This document shows, one piece after another, positions 58,494 through 64,000 of a stretch of 64,000 nt of DNA. The notes below the pieces were generated by a model that made no database searches, was not told where the DNA came from, and saw only the letters and a list, made by a program, of their open reading frames with translations. The stretch's first letter is position 1, and each line of letters begins with the position of its first letter. Made by a program: the position numbers and the translations under genes. This stretch comes from an uncultured Bacilli bacterium (lineage in GTDB: Bacteria > Bacillota_I > Bacilli_A > RF39 > UBA660), in assembly GCA_934167465.1 (NCBI GenBank), contig CAKPKR010000001.1, positions 359,732-423,731 of the forward strand, read 5' to 3'.

Positions 58494-59477
58494 ATGAAAA
58501 AAATAGGTTTTGGAGTAATTACAATATTATTATTAATATGTACAGGATGTTTTGATAATAATAAAGATGTTTTAAAATCATTTAAAAACACAGTTGAAAA
58601 ATTAAATAGCTATAAAATAACTGGAACACTTGAAATAATTAATAATGAAAATACTTATACATATGACGTTGAAGCAGCTTACAAAAAAAATGATATGTTT
58701 AAAGTTGACTTAAAAAATAAAACAAATGAACATCAACAAATAATATTAAAAAATAAAGAAGGTGTATTTGTTTTAACACCATCATTAAATAAGAGTTTTA
58801 AATTTCAAAGCGATTGGCCTTATAATAATTCACAAAGTTATTTATTACAAAATATTTTAAATGATATTGAAAATGACGAAGATAAAAAAATTGAAACAAA
58901 AGGTGATTTAACTATTGTTAGTACACTTGCTAACTATTCAAATAATAAAAAATTAACAAAGCAAAAAATATATTTTGACAACAATGCAAATATTAAAAAA
59001 GTTGAAGTATGCAATAAAGATGACATAGTAAAAATAAGAATGACATTTAATAAAGTTGATATAAATGCTAAAATTAAAGATGAATATTTTAATTTAGATA
59101 AGAATATGAGTACAACAAAAACAACGATTGCTGAAACAACACTGGAAACAGCACTATATCCAATGTATATTCCAGATAACACTTATTTACAAGATGAACA
59201 AAAAGTTTCAAAAGAAAATGGTGAGAGAATAATTTTAACATTTGCTGGTGACAATCCCTTTATGTTAATCGAGGAAACAGTTAATTTAAATGAAAATGAT
59301 ATTATTCCAGTTTATGGAGAAATAGAATTACTTAATGATACTATAGGATATGTATCAACTGGGTTAGCATCTTGGATAAGTAATGGGGTTGAATATTATG
59401 CGGTAAGTGAAACAATGAGTAACTCTGAATTATTAGAAGTTGTAAATTCAATTAGTACTTTACCAGTTGGCAAATAA
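58494..59477 (+). CDS. Lipoprotein, possibly with a LolA-like fold
   Basis: Lipobox LLICTGC. No confident domain assignment. Confidence 0.4.
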   Translation: MKKIGFGVITILLLICTGCFDNNKDVLKSFKNTVEKLNSYKITGTLEIINNENTYTYDVEAAYKKNDMFKVDLKNKTNEHQQIILKNKEGVFVLTPSLNKSFKFQSDWPYNNSQSYLLQNILNDIENDEDKKIETKGDLTIVSTLANYSNNKKLTKQKIYFDNNANIKKVEVCNKDDIVKIRMTFNKVDINAKIKDEYFNLDKNMSTTKTTIAETTLETALYPMYIPDNTYLQDEQKVSKENGERIILTFAGDNPFMLIEETVNLNENDIIPVYGEIELLNDTIGYVSTGLASWISNGVEYYAVSETMSNSELLEVVNSISTLPVGK

Positions 59478-59511
59478 AAAAAATAATGTTATAATTTTAT
59501 TGGTGATTTAA

Positions 59512-59982
59512 ATGGAGCAAACATATAGTACAAAACAAATTATAATAATTATGGCAGTAATATTATCAGTTATACTTGTATTCTACGGAATAACGGTATT
59601 AGTAAGTAATAATAAAAAAGAAGATCCGAAAAATGATAATAATTCAGATACTGTAATTCAATATGAAGAAATATTGGTTGGTGAAATATTTAAACAAAAC
59701 AATTCTGAATATTATGTTTTAGCTTATGATAATACAAACAATGGTCAAAAATATAAATCAGATATCAATACATATTCGACTAAAGATAATTCTACTAAAA
59801 CATATTTTGTTGACTTGACTAATGCATTCAATAAAAAATATGTATCAACAGAAAGTAATTTCGAAAATGAATTCCCAATTTTTAAAGAACCAACATTGTT
59901 AAAAATAGTAGATGGTAGTATTGTTGAAGTATATGAAGGAAATTCAATCAGCGATAAGATAACAGATCTTAATAAAGAATAA
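59512..59982 (+). CDS. Hypothetical membrane-anchored protein (156 aa)
   Basis: Single N-terminal transmembrane segment. Confidence 0.4.
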   Translation: MEQTYSTKQIIIIMAVILSVILVFYGITVLVSNNKKEDPKNDNNSDTVIQYEEILVGEIFKQNNSEYYVLAYDNTNNGQKYKSDINTYSTKDNSTKTYFVDLTNAFNKKYVSTESNFENEFPIFKEPTLLKIVDGSIVEVYEGNSISDKITDLNKE

Positions 59983-60051
59983 AAAATTATTCTTTTTTTC
60001 TTTATTATAGAATAAATCTATAATATATGATATATTAATATAGGTGATGAT

Positions 60052-61245
60052 ATGAAAAAAATAAAGAAAGAAATTAATAATAAAAAGTTTAGTACAATAG
60101 AAGTTATTTTTTTAGTAGTAATTACATGTCTTGTTAGTTTATATTTTGGAACTAAAATTACATATAAAGAATCAAATAAAGATGGATTTTTATCGGAAAT
60201 AGAAAAAGTATATAAAGAAATTACGGCAAACTATTATACTGATATAAATAAAGATGATTTATTAAGCGGGGCAATTAATGGTATGACCAGTGCCTTAGAC
60301 AAATATTCTACATTAATAGATAGTAGCAGTAATGAAAATTTTTATTTAACACTAGAAGGAAGTTATAGTGGAGTTGGAATAGAAATATCATCAGATAATG
60401 ATAAAAATATCTTTATAATAGGGGTTTTATCTAATTCTCCTGCAGAAAAGGCAGGATTAAAAGCTGGCGATATTATTAAAAAGATAGATAATATCGATTT
60501 GTCTAATAAAGATTATAAATATGTTTCTGAATATATACGTAAAAATTCTAATAAAACTGAGTATAAAATTGAAATATCAAGAGATGGAGAAACATTAAAC
60601 TTTAATTTAGAAAAAGATACTGTAATGATTAAATCTGTTTCTTCAAAAATAATTGAAAAAGAAGATAAAAAAATTGGCTATATATATATATCTATATTTT
60701 CTAATACAACAGTATCTCAATTTAAAAAAGAATTAGATAATTTACAAAAAAATGGTATTTCATCTTTAATCATTGATGTTAGAGAAAATAGTGGAGGACA
60801 TCTTACTACAGCTGTTGGCATTTTATCAGAATTATTATCATCCGAGAATGTTATATATCAAATTGAAAAAAATAGTAAAAAAAGTAAATTTTATTCATTA
60901 GGAAAGAAAAACTTTGAATATCCAATAGCTATAATTCAAAATGGTGACTCTGCCTCAGCCTCTGAAATGCTTGCAATATCTTTAAAAGAAAATTTGAATG
61001 CTATAATAATTGGAGAAACTAGCTACGGAAAGGGAACCGTACAAGAACTTAATTATTTAAGTAATGGTGATACATATAAATATACAACTAAAAAATGGTT
61101 ATCTCCAAAAGGGAAATGGATTGAGGGAAAAGGAATAGTTCCAGACTTTGAAGTAAAACTTAATGAAGAGTACATTAATAATCCAACAGATGAAAATGAT
61201 AATCAATTGCAAACTGCAATTAATGAAATATTAAAAAAAATGTAA
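60052..61245 (+). CDS. S41 C-terminal processing peptidase with a PDZ domain (CtpA/CtpB-like)
   Basis: PDZ domain (GIEISSDNDKNIFIIGVLSNSPAEKAGLKAGD) and S41 motifs (DVRENSGGHL, SASASEMLA, GKGTVQ). Preceded by a conserved ATATATTAATATAGGTGAT motif. Confidence 0.8.
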   Translation: MKKIKKEINNKKFSTIEVIFLVVITCLVSLYFGTKITYKESNKDGFLSEIEKVYKEITANYYTDINKDDLLSGAINGMTSALDKYSTLIDSSSNENFYLTLEGSYSGVGIEISSDNDKNIFIIGVLSNSPAEKAGLKAGDIIKKIDNIDLSNKDYKYVSEYIRKNSNKTEYKIEISRDGETLNFNLEKDTVMIKSVSSKIIEKEDKKIGYIYISIFSNTTVSQFKKELDNLQKNGISSLIIDVRENSGGHLTTAVGILSELLSSENVIYQIEKNSKKSKFYSLGKKNFEYPIAIIQNGDSASASEMLAISLKENLNAIIIGETSYGKGTVQELNYLSNGDTYKYTTKKWLSPKGKWIEGKGIVPDFEVKLNEEYINNPTDENDNQLQTAINEILKKM

Positions 61246-61365
61246 TCGAAAGATTATGTTTTTTATTAATTTTTCATATAAATTGTTTGTATAATTCTTA
61301 CTCTATATTGTAAAGACTTTATTTTTTTTATAAAAAAGTTTATAATGTACAAGAGGCGGTGACAT

Positions 61366-61896
61366 ATGAAACAAATGTGCATAGGAGATAAATTGAAGAT
61401 TCAATGTTATAAACATAATGGTAAAGTTCATAGATATTGGGATGAAGCGACAATAATAGATATGAATAAGGAATATATTGTCTGTGCGAATAATAAAATA
61501 TTAGTGATAGAGTCAGATGGTAGCACAAGGAAAACGAGAGAACCAGCGGTAATGTATTTTTTTAGAAACAAATGGTTCAATATAATAGCACAATTGAAAA
61601 AAGATGGAATATCATATTATTGTAACATTGCTACACCATATATAATAGAAGATAACACAATTAAATATATTGATTATGATTTAGACTTAAGAATATATGC
61701 AACCGGGGAATATAAGATATTAGACAGACAAGAATATAAATACCATAAAAAATTGATGAATTATTCGGATGAATTAGATATAGCAATAAAAAATGGATTA
61801 GATGAACTAATAAAATTATATAAAAGTGGTAATAAAATATTTAATACAGAATATAATTTAGAGTACTACAATCAATATATAGCGCTTGATAAATAG
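61366..61896 (+). CDS. DUF402-family protein, a putative nucleoside tri/diphosphatase
   Basis: Overall DUF402 pattern (KHNGKVHRYWDE..., YIDYDLDL). Confidence 0.5.
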   Translation: MKQMCIGDKLKIQCYKHNGKVHRYWDEATIIDMNKEYIVCANNKILVIESDGSTRKTREPAVMYFFRNKWFNIIAQLKKDGISYYCNIATPYIIEDNTIKYIDYDLDLRIYATGEYKILDRQEYKYHKKLMNYSDELDIAIKNGLDELIKLYKSGNKIFNTEYNLEYYNQYIALDK

Positions 61897-61979
61897 TAAT
61901 ATAAATTATCTATTATAATAAGTAATATATACATAAAATGTCGAATTTTAAAAAAAATTAAAAAAAATTAAAAAAACTA

Positions 61980-62008
61980 TTGACTAAGGTGTTTGTATTT
62001 GATATATT
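61980..62008 (+). promoter_or_regulatory. rRNA promoter P1 (TTGACT-17-TATATT) preceded by A-tract UP repeats
   Basis: Consensus hexamers with a 17-nt spacer. TTAAAAAAAA x3 lies upstream. Followed by a conserved TAGTGCTTT..CGAGAAAG box. Confidence 0.65.
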
Positions 62009-62103
62009 AATAGTGCTTTTCGAGAGAAAGACCTAAAAAAGAAACAAAAAAATAACATATTTTGTAAAATTTAAAAAAAATTCAAAAAATGTTAATTTAG
62101 GTA

Positions 62104-62132
62104 TTGACTTAATGAAAAGTTAATGATATATT
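62104..62132 (+). promoter_or_regulatory. rRNA promoter P2 (TTGACT-17-TATATT), a tandem duplicate of P1 124 bp downstream
   Basis: Same hexamers and the same downstream TAGTGCTTTC..CGAGAAAG box. Confidence 0.65.
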
Positions 62133-62258
62133 AGTAGTGCTTTCAACGAGAAAGCCGAAATGATCTTTGAAAACTGAGCAAAAATGTCAATTCATAAGTT
62201 AGGAAAAAACAATTCAAAACTTAAAAAGTCTGACAATGCTTTTTTATTGTCAACATTT

Positions 62259-63841
<1,583 letters not shown>

Positions 63842-64000
63842 ATGGAGAAAGATTTAATAACGATATCTAGCTTATGCGTATTGACTGATTTTGCTTAGTT
63901 TTGAGAGATTGTTTCTCTCAGAATAGTTCTTTGAAAACTTGATAATGTGGTAGCAATACATCAATTGAGCCCTAACTAATTAGTTAGAAAACTGTCGGAT

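Noticed and set aside
61941-61978. TTAAAAAAAA x3 tandem repeat considered as a CRISPR or minisatellite
   Set aside because: Only three 10-bp A-tract units immediately upstream of the rRNA P1 -35. This is consistent with an UP element, not spacer-repeat architecture.

Overview
This is an AT-rich (about 27-30% GC) chromosomal window from a low-GC Firmicutes genome, Erysipelotrichia- or Mollicutes-like. It uses the standard genetic code: genes end in TGA stops and the tRNA-Trp anticodon is CCA. Coding density is high and mostly on the + strand. The window ends in a 16S rRNA gene preceded by tandem promoters.

The backbone genes are:
- clpB and hsp20, each preceded by a CIRCE (HrcA operator) inverted repeat
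- a RelQ-like alarmone synthetase and an HD-domain gene
- an NlpC/P60 hydrolase
- addB-addA
- an HD-GYP protein
- L-lactate dehydrogenase
- a BceRS/BceAB-like two-component/ABC detoxification module with a VanZ-RDD membrane protein
- a GT2 glycosyltransferase
- a thioester-domain adhesin with its sortase
- cdaA-cdaR, ctpA/B-like, trmL and DUF368/DUF378/DUF402 genes

Several genes point to sporulation and an exosporium: a SleB-like hydrolase, a BclA-like collagen protein, a CotY/ExsY-like cysteine-rich protein, LysM proteins and a CtpB-like protease.

The main discovery is a ~10.5 kb integrated element (18601-29060) inserted precisely into an Amidase_3-LysM cell-wall amidase gene. The two halves of the gene are in-frame and would rejoin on excision. 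The element carries:
- a large serine recombinase
- an SSB-like gene and a wHTH gene with iteron-like repeats
- an ASCH-domain gene
- a C5-cytosine methyltransferase with a convergent putative restriction partner
- an AAA+ ATPase + S8 subtilase operon, read here as a candidate ietAS-like phage defence pair

The element looks like a skin-type sporulation intervening element or a cryptic defence island.

The second notable feature is a pair of paralogous secreted-protein genes. Each is driven by a near-identical promoter whose -35/-10 spacer holds a G9 or G10 homopolymer, a candidate for slipped-strand phase variation.
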